From: Zancudomyces culisetae HAW-14-8
Lineage: Eukaryota > Fungi > Kickxellomycota
Length of the DNA: 64,000 bases
Direction of reading: 5' to 3'
Assembly: GCA_052426225.1 (NCBI GenBank)
Contig: JBNJNM010000023.1
Coordinates: 744,001-808,000, forward strand
Positions 48,898 through 62,701 of the stretch are shown here, piece by piece. Made by a program: the position numbers and the translations under genes. The notes below the pieces were generated by a model. It had not been told where the DNA came from and ran no database searches. It saw only the letters and a list, made by a program, of their open reading frames with translations. The stretch's first letter is position 1. Every line of letters starts with the position of its first letter.

Positions 48898-50388
48898 ATG
48901 TTTGCTAGAGCTTTCAGAAATTCAGTCAGGCCAGTAGCATTTGCTGCCAGATCCACAAGAAATGTTGGTACAGCATCACGTGTACTCAGACAGGCTCAAC
49001 CACTTAACAGCGGCTCTATTAACTGGGAAAATCCAGTAAAAGATGCTGAATTCTTTGTAAGTGGACAGAATGGGTTTTTACCAAGGCAAGATCCATTGGA
49101 AAAGCTTCCAGAACAATACAAAGAGCTCGAGGAGCTAATGAACGAGATGCCATTGACAGCAAACAACGGAAAGGGTCTGTTAGCACTTGGAAAGTTTGGT
49201 GAGCAGGTAGACGCTAGACTGCCATTGTATGACCTCACAGGTGTGACTGACCAAAGATTGCTGGCAGCACTATTCAGAGACTATACTTTTTTGGCCTCCG
49301 CATATTTGCTGGAGCCATGTGATATTCAATATTTAAAGACAGGCAGCTATGGCCTTGGAAGACAAACACTCCCAAAAAACATTGCAGTTCCGCTTGAGGT
49401 TGTTGCGGAAAAGATCGGGGCCAAGCCATTCATGGAATACGCATTGTCGTATGCACTATACAACTATAAACGCATCGACAAGTCAAAGCCAGCCAAGTAT
49501 GACAACTTGAAGCTTATCAGAGGGTTTTCTATGTGCCCAAATGAACACGGATTCATTCTTGTTCACGTGGATATGGTTAGTAACTCTGGAAGATTGGTAA
49601 CAGCTGCTAATGATACTTTGGCCGCAGTTAGAAAGGACGACAGAGGGTTGTTTGATGTTTCTCTCGAAAACTACTTCCAAGGTTTGTTGACTATCAATAA
49701 GGCTATGGACACAATGTGGAAGAGGAGCGATCCAGGAAAATACAACTCATTCAGAACATTTATTATGGGAACAAAGAATCAACCAATGTTCCCCAATGGT
49801 GTAATATATGAGGGCAGCCCAAACAAAGAACCAAGATTCTACCGTGGTGAATCAGGAGCCAATGATAGCATGGTCCCACTTTCTGATAACCTATTTGAAT
49901 TGACTTCCCAGATGCCCGACAACCCATTGTCAAAGGTACTTAAAGATTTTAGATCTTATAGACCAGTAAACCACCACTCATTCTTGTCACATGTTGAAAC
50001 TGAAGCCAGAAATGTTGGCGTCCAAAAATACGCAATGAAGAATGCATTCTCTGCAGCTGTTCTATTGAAAAATCTCGATCAAATTCGTGATTTCCGCCAC
50101 CGTCACTGGACTTTCACAAAAGAATACATCATCAAAAATACAACCCATCCTACCGCCACCGGAGGAAGCCCAATAGTTACATGGCTTCCAAACCAACTCA
50201 CATCTGTACTGAACGCCATTTACAATGTTTCCGGATCTATTGATATGTCAAAATTGGATCTTGAAACTCAAGATATTGTCGATGCAATCCGCCGCCGCGG
50301 TGTGAGCCAACTGAGAGTATTGGAGCGTGAAGTTAGCGATTTCCAACAACAAAAAGAGTACGCTGATCAATCTAAGTACGCAAACTAG
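48898..50388 (+). CDS. Indoleamine 2,3-dioxygenase family protein (IDO-gamma/bacterial-like) with a putative mitochondrial presequence
   Basis: NGFLP, EHGFILVHVDM, FRTFIMG, YRGESGANDS, FRHRHW and TATGGSPIVTWLPNQL motifs; 496 aa, intronless. Confidence 0.85.
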   Translation: MFARAFRNSVRPVAFAARSTRNVGTASRVLRQAQPLNSGSINWENPVKDAEFFVSGQNGFLPRQDPLEKLPEQYKELEELMNEMPLTANNGKGLLALGKFGEQVDARLPLYDLTGVTDQRLLAALFRDYTFLASAYLLEPCDIQYLKTGSYGLGRQTLPKNIAVPLEVVAEKIGAKPFMEYALSYALYNYKRIDKSKPAKYDNLKLIRGFSMCPNEHGFILVHVDMVSNSGRLVTAANDTLAAVRKDDRGLFDVSLENYFQGLLTINKAMDTMWKRSDPGKYNSFRTFIMGTKNQPMFPNGVIYEGSPNKEPRFYRGESGANDSMVPLSDNLFELTSQMPDNPLSKVLKDFRSYRPVNHHSFLSHVETEARNVGVQKYAMKNAFSAAVLLKNLDQIRDFRHRHWTFTKEYIIKNTTHPTATGGSPIVTWLPNQLTSVLNAIYNVSGSIDMSKLDLETQDIVDAIRRRGVSQLRVLEREVSDFQQQKEYADQSKYAN

Positions 50389-52877
50389 GAGACAGTTACA
50401 GATTATATAAGGGTTAGATTTGGTCCGGCTAGCTATAGCGTCTCTTGTTCGCGATTTTTTATATTATCTATTGCTATTATGCAGTCAATAAATACCATTA
50501 CTTATATTTAAAGCAAATCGATTTCTATTAATGATTGGTTGAGGGTTGCATATTTACTTTTTTTGTGCTAGCTGTCTACTGGCAGCAAATTAATTAGCTG
50601 AAAAATATTATGGAAAACGTAATAAGCCAATCAATTTTAACCGACCAGTTGGCGATGAAGGAAGGGAGCGTGTTTCAAAACATACTTTACCCATATTGGG
50701 CAAATTACAAGTTAATATCATTGGGGGAAAAAATCAATAGTTTTGGTTTCGTAGACTTTGAGCAATGTTTTTCCGGTATATATTTTTATTTTTTGCGTTA
50801 GTTAAGGTTTAATCCGATACCAATCTTTGTTAAGTTTTGGTGGCGTATTTGGTAAAAAGCCACCGTGGTAAAAAGTAAATGTGGGAAAAAGTAACAAGTG
50901 TTTTTGTTTGTGAAAAAATATTGATGCGCGTGATATACCTATGGTGTGAAATATCTATTAGATATTAGGTATTAGATAATTAGTATCAAATATTGCAGTA
51001 TTATGTATGTTTGTAGAACGAATGGTTAGAGTGTTTGATTAAACATTCCGAAAAAAGGTATAATTAGAGAGGCTGAAATAGGAAAACTCATCACAATGTA
51101 AATGTGATTGAAATTAAAATGGAAAGAATGAAAGCAGGAAATGAAGAAAGGTATAGTGATAAATTGGAATAATGGAATATCAAAAAATGGTGTCAAAATC
51201 ATACAATTGTAAGAGTAGAAAAACAACATCTTTATTTATCAGCTCATTTATATCAAAAAATACCAAAATAATTGGGCAGCTCCAAAACCCAAATTCACAG
51301 CTGAATTGTGTTATGAATGCCAACCTTGGTGGGGGGATGTGAAGCCAGATTAAAATCGTTTAAGGTGGGGTCACAAACCAAACTAAGGCAATAAAAATAG
51401 TACAAAATGAGGGGGATTTGTTTGGCAGGAAACGCAGTACAATGATTAAAAAAATGTCTTTACAGCTGACAATGGAAAGGGAAACAAAGATAGGGGGCAG
51501 AGAAACAGTAGAGAAACAAAAAGAAACAAAAAGAAACAAACTCTGATAGCGTGGTAAAATAATAGTGGATATCTGTTTTTTAAAAATGAGCAGTTTAGCT
51601 GGGAAAGTAGAGATAATAAAAATACAAAGCATAAAAACGGGCACAAAGGAGTCACATAAGTGGGGAGTGAAAACAGTTAGAGGTGGTCATGGAGATTGTA
51701 TTTGTTAGAACTAAATAAACAGAATGGGTTCGAGTGTTTAATGCCAACTTAATAACTTAATAACTGAATAACTGAATGATTTGATTTGGCTGCATATTTA
51801 GTTGTCAGCGGATTAAATAGCCAAAGTAGTTTGCTAGTCATGTAAATATCTAAATGGTCTAAATTTTTTTGAATACTTTGTGAAATAATAATCCTAATAA
51901 TAATACCACAAATTCGATGATTTACCTGAACAAACAAAATACAAGTTTTGCAGGGAAAATAGTGACAATTACAACATTTAGCACAAACTGAAATCACTAA
52001 TTAACACCAATACTAGCTGATAAATCCTACTGGTTATTTAGGTTTGTGAAATTAATCACCCAGATTGGCCATTTTAATGATTAATATTTTGACTGACAGT
52101 TTTTTAGGCAAAAAGTATTCGCACGTTGAAAAAAAAGGAAAGCCGAGCAACAAGAATTGATTATCAATGTTCCGCAGTTTGAGTTCATATTTTCACAAAA
52201 AACAGAAAATAAACTTGATCTAGTTGGTTGCATTTTTGACCTACATTGCTCTAATCATTTGTTTGGAATCGTTTTATATTAACAATTATTAAATTGATTT
52301 TACAATGCTGCAGCATGTTGTATGTAGCAATAATTCTTTATTTGTAAAACTTGCAAAGCCTATAGCACTCTCAGACTCTAAATGACTGGGTTATTTGCAA
52401 TGCTTGTGGTAATACTGCGGTATAGCTAGAGTGTCTCTTTTATTTTAGGATTTTTGAGTTGATGTTTTTTTTTGTATAAAAGTATAAAAGGGAACTCAAC
52501 TCCACAACCTTCTATATATAAAAATTCCAAAATAGAGTTGGCTATCCAGAATCAACTAATATCCACATATTGTCAGTTTTCGGGACTGTCTGCAATATTC
52601 AGAGCTTAGTAATCCCTAAGGTCTAGACTGTGTGCAGAAAAAGATTTCACTGGCCAATGTAAAAGTTAGGACGAATGTTTGGATATCCGTGTTCAAAACT
52701 ATTATAGCTTTGATTGGAATTTTGCCGCACCACTATATCGTCGTACCATCATATTGTAACATCAATACAAGCATTCTTTCAAGTATACTTACAAACGTTA
52801 ATACAAACATCTTTACAAATCCCATATAAACACTAAACCAGTGTATACAGCGTATAAAACCAGATATATCTATTTCG

Positions 52878-53306
52878 ATGGATACAGATTGGTGTGTTAT
52901 ATGTGATAAACAGACAGGCGGTGATATATATTGTAGCTCAAAATGCCTGGAAAAGGACTTGGAATGCGAAGCAAAGAGAACATGTACTGACGTATTAACC
53001 CTGATCTCACCAAAGTGTACAAATAATGCTATACACGAGCTGTATTGGCTTCCGCAGCTAGATGAACGTAAGAAAAGGCTGGAGACAAACACAGATGGGT
53101 TAAACATAGAATCAATACGACGAAACATACTAGTCTCTAATTACCCACTTATAAAGCACAGAAAACGCAAAATCATAGACGGTCAGAAACAAGTTGCTTT
53201 TTATGTGGGATATGGGAAAAACACTGCAAGACACTCAAAACACTGTACTTCCCTTAAAAATTACCCTTCAGCCAAAAGCATACCAATGGTACATAGAAAA
53301 GTGTAG
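52878..53306 (+). CDS. Ecl1/2/3-like zinc-binding protein
   Basis: N-terminal WCVICDKQ...IYCSSKCLEKD signature. Confidence 0.7.
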   Translation: MDTDWCVICDKQTGGDIYCSSKCLEKDLECEAKRTCTDVLTLISPKCTNNAIHELYWLPQLDERKKRLETNTDGLNIESIRRNILVSNYPLIKHRKRKIIDGQKQVAFYVGYGKNTARHSKHCTSLKNYPSAKSIPMVHRKV

Positions 53307-54294
53307 TTAATAACTTTTACTTTTCATAGTCTTTCGGTTAACTGCTTGCCATCAAATAAACTTGTAAAACAAATTTAAACAATGGAGTACTTCATCACAG
53401 TATTTCTGGAGTATCTGTGCACAGCTATGGTTATTTACATTGTTATGGAACAAACAAATGGTTAATAGTACTATAAAATTAGTAAGAGGGACCAGAATCA
53501 ACAATATAGTTACCGCGTTGTATGAAAAAGAGAAAAAACAAAGTCACTACACATTTTTGCATTAAAAAAAATGCATGTAGTATGGGGTAGAGAAACAAAC
53601 GCTAAAGTAGTGCATATATTTTGAAAGTGTCAGTTCAAAGGTTTCTATTTTGGAAACAAATAATGATTGTGAGAACACATCTTGTATACTCATCTCTAAA
53701 TACAGGGAAGGCGTCGTTTACCAAGCGTGTTTTGTTTTTTTTTAAATATACTTCAACCTTGAACCTTGGGCATTGAATGAGATATGCGTTCCATAAAATA
53801 TTCGACTGCTATGTGTGCTTTTTTTGCCTCTCTTGAACCAATAAAACCTTGATTTATAGATATTTTCCAACTCCTTACATAGAACGAAGGGGCTTTACCT
53901 GTTTATTCATAATATAGCTGTACCAAAGGATGAAAGGGGGATAGTTGTGAAAAGCAATATGAAACTGTCCGTGAAAATAAAATAGTCGGGTAATTTTTTC
54001 AAACCAATTTTAATACAATAATCACACGATAAAAGCAATTGAGATTAGATTTTATTGACTACATCTTGTATTTTTTGAGATGAAGCACAATTTAAACACC
54101 AGTCAGTTGTTTCTAAAAAAAATGGTTGAGAAAGGGGTAAAACAAGAATTATAACATGAAGTTACAGGTAAAAAGTCAATTCATTCCCATTTTATTCAAA
54201 CGTATTTAAGCATACGTGTCCTCCCTAACAGTAAAAGAAAGTCAAAATAAAACAAAGCAAAAAACAAAATAAGAGAAAACAAAAGAGACACAAA

Positions 54295-55860
54295 ATGACT
54301 ATCACACTAACTCCAGCCTCAGTTTCAGAACCCGCAGCAGTTACTCGTTTCAGAAAATATCTCCAAATAAAGACTGTTCATCCAACACCTGACTATGAAA
54401 GCTGCAAAAACTTTCTTATTGAACAGGCAAACGAAATTGGCCTAGGACATCAAATTGTAGAAGTAAGCGTTGTGTACAAGTTATGAAAAGTAAAAAACGA
54501 CTGCGTTTAGCTGGCTATTTTGTATGAATAAAAAGGGTCCTACCCAAGATACAGAATGTTAACATTACAAACAAAAACTAAAAAAAATACGATAGTGCGT
54601 AAAGGGAAAACCAATAGTAATACTCAAACTTGAAGGGTCGGACCCCACAGCAAAATCCATTTTGCTCAGCTCGCATACTGATGTGGTTCCGGTGTTTGAG
54701 GTAATAGGATAATAACTCTAAAATAAAAACTGCGTATGTATGTACTAGTGTATAAAATGCAGGATCTGAATAAATAAATATAGGATAAATGGACATATGA
54801 TCCGTTTGCAGCCGAAAGAGTACAAGCAGACGATGGAGAGTATAGAATATATGCACGTGGTGCTCAGGATATGAAGGTCACAGGAAGTTGGTAAATAAGA
54901 GTGCTGAATATATCTGCATCAGTTATTATGTGTCTATAGTAGAATATCTATATATGTCTTTGGTTGTAAAACAATGGTGAGAATAACCGTGATAACCTAA
55001 TGTGGGATAGCTACTTGGAGGCACTGCGAGAAATCAAGAATTCTGGTGTTCAGCTCCGAAGAAACGTATATGCAGTTTATGCGCCAGATGAAGAAATAGG
55101 AGGAAAAGACGGAGTGGGGTCGCTTATTGAGACCAAAGAGTTTGAAGAGTTGAACGCAGGGTTTGATATCGATGAAAGTGGTCCCTCACCACTACCCATC
55201 GCTATTCTTATGACTTCTGAAAGACTCACAACACAGGTCCGGTTTACTGCTCACGGAAATACTGGACATGGAAGCCAATTTATAGAGGGTACAGCGATCG
55301 AGAAACTGCTTCCAGTAATAAACACTGTGATGGCGCTCAGAGAACAAGAATATAAGAAGTACAATGCTTTGGGAGAAAACAGATTAGCATTACAGGGCCA
55401 AGTAACATCTGTGAATCTGACAATGCTCGAGGGAGGAAAGCAGCAGAACGTGGTACCGGCAACATTTTCAGTAACATTCGATATTCGTGTCACACCAAAG
55501 CAAGATATAGTAGAATTTAAAAAGATGTTGTCAGATCTTGCTGAAAAGCATGGGGTTGAGTGCCATTTTATCAACCCGGAGAACAGAAACCCAGTTACAG
55601 AGTGGGACAGTGAGAGTAATTTTTTTAAGTGCATAGATAATGTGTGTGCAAAGCATAACGTTACATACAAGAATATTATTTGTCCAGGCGCAACAGATGC
55701 CAGATATATCAGGCGTAAAGGAATACCAGCAGTTGGTTTCTGTCCACTTTTAGGTCACCCATTGCTTGCTCATGATCATGATGAATATGTCAGAGAGCCA
55801 GAGTATTTGAAGGCCATCGGGGTATATGTGGATTTGATTTCAGAGTTGGCCAATGCTTAG
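54295..55860 (+). CDS. ACY1: Aminoacylase-1 (peptidase M20), 4 exons
   Basis: Exons approx. 54295-54462, 54596-54700, 54784-54890, 55011-55860 with GT-AG introns. Motifs FRKYLQIKTVHP, SHTDVVP, ARGAQDMK, PDEEIGG, GATDARY, LAHDHDE. Confidence 0.9.
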
Positions 55861-57179
55861 TGGTTCATTGTTTTGTTTTCGTATACTTTTAGTAATTTTT
55901 TGCCTGCAACTTAAAAAGGAATTAAATATAGACATTAGACCAGAACGAGGTATATAGGGTGGCGTTAGTTGGACTTAGTATATTGAGTAACTCTGTAAAA
56001 AGACTAGACGAAAGCTTTGTGACTAAAGACGGCTCAAAAGGACTATTAATCGCCTTGTTGCTAGCCAAATGTATGATAGTGGTTGAAAGGGGGTAAAAAT
56101 AATCAATGCAGCTGAACCAAATATCGTTGTGGTGGTTAACTTGTACCTCCAAAAGACTGCTGCTAAGGGTTCCAAAATTATGTTTACGGTTCAAAAACGT
56201 ACGCTTTTAGCGGTGAAAAAAGTATCTGGAGGATCAAATCTCGAGAAATGTAAGTATATCGCGCATAATTTGTGAGAGATTGAGATTGTAAAAAGGGCAT
56301 TTATATACAGGGTTACATGCAGTGTGTATATCCTCTGTACATTTGTGATAAAGAACTGATCTGATTTATGTTTATGGACATCTATTTACCAAATATCATT
56401 GTGAATACAATAGCTATGTGAATAAGTGAATTCGTAAAACCATTATGCGATATCGCAACAAAAGCTTGTGAGAAGCGGTCTGTGCGAATACCAATTGTCC
56501 TAAAGCACATATAATGTATGATGTAGCATTGAATGTGTTCGTGAGGTTAGTCGAGAGAAATCACAAAAATAAATTATGCGAGATCAACAGCGTATACTGT
56601 TAAAGCCGGGTACAGCAACGCCGATAAACAGGTACTGATGTTCACACACCATCAGCTGCTTTTTAAAAAGTATGAACAATCTTGCATGTAGTTTGGGGAT
56701 GAGTTTATATTGAAGACAACTAAAAGTAAATAGATTTAAGAAGCCTTTTCCCACTACCAGAAAGAACCATACTCTATCTCTTTTCTTGGGGTTTTAGGTT
56801 AGCAATTAATTCTCAATGTGTATTCTGGATTATTGGATTCTAGGATTCTAGAATTGATTTTTTTATTCCCCTCCCCTCGCTTGGTTCACAGAAACATATG
56901 TTTATACTAAAAATTTTTGTAACTAGTTCAGTGTTCTTTCTTATTGGCTGGATTGTTTCTCCCCTTTATTTGATAAGATAAAACCTGGCAAAAAATATTT
57001 TTCGACGTTATATTAGCAAATTCCAAGATAATCATCGCCACCCTTCCCTCAGTTTCAATACTATACTTTAGCCAAATTGTTTTCAGCGTATTTTTTTATA
57101 ACACTTTACAGAATTACCTCAATTTATTACTTTTTTTTTTAAAGAACAGACTACTAAATTTGAGTACAACTCTAGAAAA

Positions 57180-57667
57180 ATGAATTCAGTTTTTAGATCA
57201 CTTGTTTTTAAACGTGGACTTTCGAGCATTCGTCAGGTTGCGCCACCAAACATCGCGATGGCAGCGACTAAAATAGCCAGCGAACCATCTCACGCCCCAA
57301 TTGCCACAGAGGAACCAGCTACTGCTGGGCAGCTATCGAACAAAGATTTTGAAAAGATGGTAGAATTTTATAAACGCATTCCAAAGGGATCAGTACCACC
57401 ACCATCTTCTTCTTCATTGTCTGATAGATACAGAGCCAAATATTTCGATTCGAATTCATTTGCTCCAATTGTCCATCTGATCCTTGGATTACTTGTTGGA
57501 GGCTACTCAATCCACTACTTTATGCACATCAGTAAGTATTTTCTCTGTATTCTATTTCATGCCCTTTTTTGTTTGTTCAATATTTGAACGTTGATATTAC
57601 AAAATTTAATGCATTCGGATTTATTTTTTTTGCTGTAGGACACCACAAATCGGCAGAACATCATTGA
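57180..57667 (+). CDS. ATP17: Mitochondrial ATP synthase subunit f, 2 exons
   Basis: VEFYKRIPKG, RYRAKYFD...PIVHLI...GYSIHY. Intron 57532-57638 gives the C-terminus RHHKSAEHH*. Confidence 0.85.
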
Positions 57668-58856
57668 ACCCTGATTAGTATGCAATTTTAGCACTTTCCA
57701 TGCTTTTATCTTTTTGGTTTTCCTTAAAACGATGTGATTACTAGTAACAGTAGCTAGCATTCGTTATCAATTATATATCCCAATTTGGAAATAATAAACC
57801 ATTAAAACAAAGTAATTTTGGTGAGTTTCGGCTTGATAGTAACATTTTGGGGTTATTCTTTTGATGTTCAATTTCGAATTACCATTCACCAATTCTAAAT
57901 ATCTTTTTATTTTTGGCAGCAATGTCTTATTTTGGGTATAACTCAAGTTATAATTTTATGTCTGGAAATGAGAGATAAATTTAGTTGTAAACGAACTTTA
58001 GCGATGGAAGTTTCAGAATCACTTACACCTTTTATGGGACGACGTATTAAATTCAATTTTCTATAATATACCGAATTTGTAGTTATCTGTTAAAAAAATA
58101 CCATTTTAGTGTTATAGCAAAACTTTACAAGTTTAGGATGTTTGGGTGTATCAGTGTTGGAGTAATGATTAGTCAAAACTAAGCAAAACCCTATCACAAA
58201 AAAATTCAACCTCCGGTAACATCTTTTGGGATTTAAGTATGAGGTGTTTTAGGAGGCCTGTTGTTGTCCTAGAAGACCATTTTCAAGATTCTAACGCTTA
58301 TAAACATGTTTTACTCCAGAATGAGACATTTAATATCGAAAGATAATGTTTTTGAAATAAAAGTATCCTTTGGTATAAGTAGTTATTGTAAGGATTCTGA
58401 TATACGAAGGTGTAGTCAAAAAGAGATATGTTGTGATATAATACAGGTATGGTTTTAGTGCGCGCAGACAGCCACTATATTAGCCCACCGTCTTTCAACA
58501 AACCCAAACATATTGAAAACCTTTATTATTGGGTGTGTGGCATTGTGATGCACATAAATGGAAACAGTAGATAGATAGAGTAGAGGATAGTACCAGCATT
58601 GATGTATTTTTGTAGTTATTTTACACACCAAAAGGTACTTGCCGCTAATTTTACAGCTAGAGCATTTCATTACAAAACTTCTAGTAATATTTGTGAAAAT
58701 TTTTTTACTCGATAGTACTTTTCCTATTTTCACTTTTAAGGCACCAAAAAAAAAAATTTTTTTGTGAACGATTTCTAGAAAAGCCGATTTATATTTTGTT
58801 CAACGTAAATAGGCTGTTTTCTCTAAAGTTTAAACAACACGACTCAAATTGCAAAA

Positions 58857-60130
58857 ATGATTAACAAAGCGTAGGTCCAGAATTAGATTATCAACGAATA
58901 TGGATATATAAGCTATTAATCTGGCTAAGAATCATAAATCAAAAATCATGCATACACTAGCTATTAACTAACAACTAATACCAATATCATTAATAGCAAA
59001 CCCAAGAATGCTCGAAGTAAAAGGATCTTGGATAATCGCGATGCAAAAACAATAGAAAATCCAAAAACAACAATGTTCATAAGAGGTAGTCAGACCAGCG
59101 ATGTTGTCCAAAAAGCCCTAGCAGATTTGGTAAGTGTAATATACAGTACCAGTATAAAAAAAGGAACTTGACTTATAAATTCTTGTTGGATTCAAATAGT
59201 ACTCAATAAAAAAGCCATTAGCGATCAACTTTTCAAAGAAAAATGAAGTTCATCCTTTTGATGATGAAACTAAGGTTGAATTTATGTGTAAAAAAAACGA
59301 TTCCTCTTTATTTGTTCTTGGTAACCATTCGAAAAAACGACCAAATAACCTGGTTTTTGGAAGAACCTTTGACTATAGTATTTTTGAGATGTTTGAACTG
59401 GAGATCGAAAAATTTAGAAGCATTCGTGAAATAAATGTAAGCAATCACACATTTTTAGTTGAGCGAGTAATATATTTCGCAATATGTAGTGCATGTGTGG
59501 ACATGTATATTAAACCTATTTTCTTTAGTTTAGTAATACTATATAACCATTTCGGTGTTTTATCACAACTAGGGAAAAACAATTGCAACAGGGACAAAGC
59601 CTATGATAATTTTCAGCGGCGAAGCATTTAACCAGTTAGAAGAGCTTAAATCGTTAAAAAACTACTTTTTAGACTTTTTCCAAGGGGAGCGGGCTGAAGC
59701 AGTTAGTCTAGGAGGACTTGAGCACGTGATTTCGTTTATTGCCGAGTCAGACTCTCTTATAAAGGATGCGCCAATATCGCTCAAAATGAGGAGCTATGTT
59801 GTGGATTTCAAAAAGTCAGGCGTGAAACACCCAAGAGTAGAACTAGAAAATATGGGCCCGTCATTTGATTTTAGAATTAGACGAATCAGATATGCGCTTC
59901 CTGAGGTTTGGAAGCATGCCACAAGAATTCCAAATGAGCTATATGCTAAGTCAGTCAAAAATATTTCTCATGATTCCATTGGAAATAAGACAGGTCGCAT
60001 TCATCTTGGGAAACAGGCTATCGATAAAATCCAGACGAGAAAGGTGAAGGGGCTTAAAAAGACTCGAGCCGAACTTGAAGGAGACGAGTTTGTTAAAAGT
60101 ACTCGACCCTCAAAGAAGGCCAAAAACTGA
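58857..60130 (+). CDS. RPF2: Ribosome production factor 2 (Brix domain), multi-exon
   Basis: KPKNARSKR, HPFDD, HSKKRPNNLVFGR, PRVELENMGPSFDF and GRIHLGKQ motifs across GT-AG introns. Confidence 0.9.
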
Positions 60131-61684
60131 GACTTTAGATTTTTGATTTAGGTATTTATCCATTTATTTGCTTGGATGGTACAACCAGCTTTTAGATTAA
60201 GGAATATAATTGTACAGACCCCCATTAAAAGTACCAAACAAGTTTTTTTAGTTTCTCTTTATTCTCATTTTGGGTTGAGGAATTATAAGTTTATATAGTT
60301 GAAAATATTTACAACTTGCTAAACGTAATATATATGAAACAGATATTAGTTAAAGCTATAAATCAAGACTTGTTCTAAATAAACATACTAAAACCGAGTT
60401 AAAAATACTAAAAAGAACAAGCTTAGGCTCAACTAGTCAAAGGATCAAGCTAAAATTAAGGAAATGTATCTGTTTTATAAACAGATGTGTTTATGTTTAC
60501 ATTAGTATTTCTTAGAATAGTAAAAATATTTCGAAGTAGAGTTAAACCGAAGAAAGTTTCAAAACACAACATAAATATATGATGACCCGTATCAATCCGA
60601 ATTGTTAAAGATAAAATATCATTTAAGCAACCAACAGACTCGTAGATAAGACAAGAATTATATTTTGCTAGAAAGTTTTTGTTCATTCCAGCATCTCTAA
60701 AACCAGGTTCAATCTCTTTAACTAAAGGATGAATAAATTTAATATTTTAGAATGGCATGAGTTATAGCTTTATAACTGAATAATAAAGATTTTATTAATT
60801 TTCTAATACGTATCTTCAATTTAAATTATGTAAACCAAATAATGCATGAAAAGTTATCTAGAGTACTATTGTTAGGATTCCCTAACATCTCCTATTGAAA
60901 AGATCTTTGAATAGAACTAAAATCATTCAACAAGTTTTATTCACAAACTTTCAATAGACTTTTCAGGAAAAGAAGGAAATTGACGCCAAAATTCAATGAA
61001 CCTTGATGTCAAAAGAACCATTTCAAACGAAGAGGGTTCATCGGTGAAACAGAAGCAACTCGACGATATAAATACATCTCTTCGTACTCGAAGGGAACGG
61101 CTAAGCAGATTAACAATATTAGTTGATCCCTTTAACTTCCTAGTGCTTATTCTTAGTGACTTTTATACTTTATTACTATTCATATTAATAAATCTATTCT
61201 GACAAAAATATTCTCGAAAACAATTATTTCCATTGAAAACAAATCTGAAATCTGACAACTATTATTACCAAATTTTCATGAACTTTATCCCTTTAAAAAG
61301 TTAAAATCCTATTATTAATACTAAATTGGGATATACTAACGAATTAAATTATAATGTATAAGGAAAATTATCTCACATCCAGAATTCACAGCATTTATCG
61401 CATGAAAAATTCCAAAACATCATATTGTTAATCGTAAAATATGAAGTCTAATGTAAATAAGAGAGTTCTATCAATAAAATATAAATAGAGAATACTCGCA
61501 AATTTATTATTCTTGGTTTATAACTAGTTAATTTTCAAGTATCACTTAATGTAGCAAAATGTAATATTTTCGGTTATACAAATACAACCATATCAATGTA
61601 TAAAATCATATATGTAAAGTGAAAAAATCTAGATTTGCTAGTCAAATACGTTCGACATTAAATCAGTTTTTTAATGGTGCCAAC

Positions 61685-62493
61685 TGTCGGACGTGGCTGA
61701 ACTGGCCACGCTCCTTAGTCGGGTTTCGCATGGAATCCATCTCTCTTTGAACCACATCTTCAAGAAAAGAGAATGGATTACGTGACGCTTCCGGTTCTAT
61801 TTCCATAGAAGTAGCTTCGGAACGATCACTATCCGAGGAGTACCGCCCCTCATCCTTGAATCTCTGGATGATGGCAGCGCGCAGATGACCCATAAGACCT
61901 GACATGAGATTTTAGTAATTTTAAACTTTTATCTTTTACTATTTTAAACTTTTAGCCGTAGCACTATTATATGATTATATTAATTTTGAATAAACTTGTA
62001 TTAAACAGAATCCTTCTTGTACAATGTCTATATTTCTTACTGTTATGAATATGTTTTAAACTACTAAAAGAGCTAAAGAGACTCCTAATGAGATCTCTTT
62101 GGCTTTTATATATGTAAATTGCTAATTTTAAAACTATTACTAATCTTATCCTATTAATATTTAATATATCCGCTATCTCTTCATATTATGCTTTGTGGTC
62201 GTCCTCATAGTTTGACTCATTTTCCATAGTCGATTAAATACTCTTTAATTTAATTAAATATACTAATAATAATAAATTCTTTTTATGTCTTTATTTCATT
62301 TTGTAATTTTTCTCTTGGATTTTTGATCTGACTATTTGCTTCATTTTATGATCAGAAATAATCTTCATATTTTTGATTGTTAATGGTTAAATATAATTCA
62401 TTTCATTTTTAGATAATTGAATAATTTCCTTTGAATATTTATATATTCCCAAGATATCGGATTAAGTTGGGATTATACCCAGAACACACGACA
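61685..62493 (-). mobile_element. Family G ORF-bearing unit (809 bp)
   Basis: TGTCGG...ACGACA, TSD CAAC; ORF from 61905. Confidence 0.9.
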
Positions 62494-62701
62494 CAACGCT
62501 TTCTTCGTGTATCCAATAATCTATACTATTCCATTAAAATACACTTAACACAAAAGTTATAAATTAACAAATTAAATATTCAATAGAAGTATCTAGATGA
62601 ATGTATATGCCCGAAATAGTAGTTAGTTGTGTCTCTTTTAAAAGGCTTTAGTTTAAAAATGTTAATTTAGTAATAACGTGTTTACTTTTATCCTAATGCA
62701 G

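Noticed and set aside
60456-61202. Two short ORFs downstream of RPF2
   Set aside because: No recognisable motifs; possibly a decayed element, but I cannot support a call.
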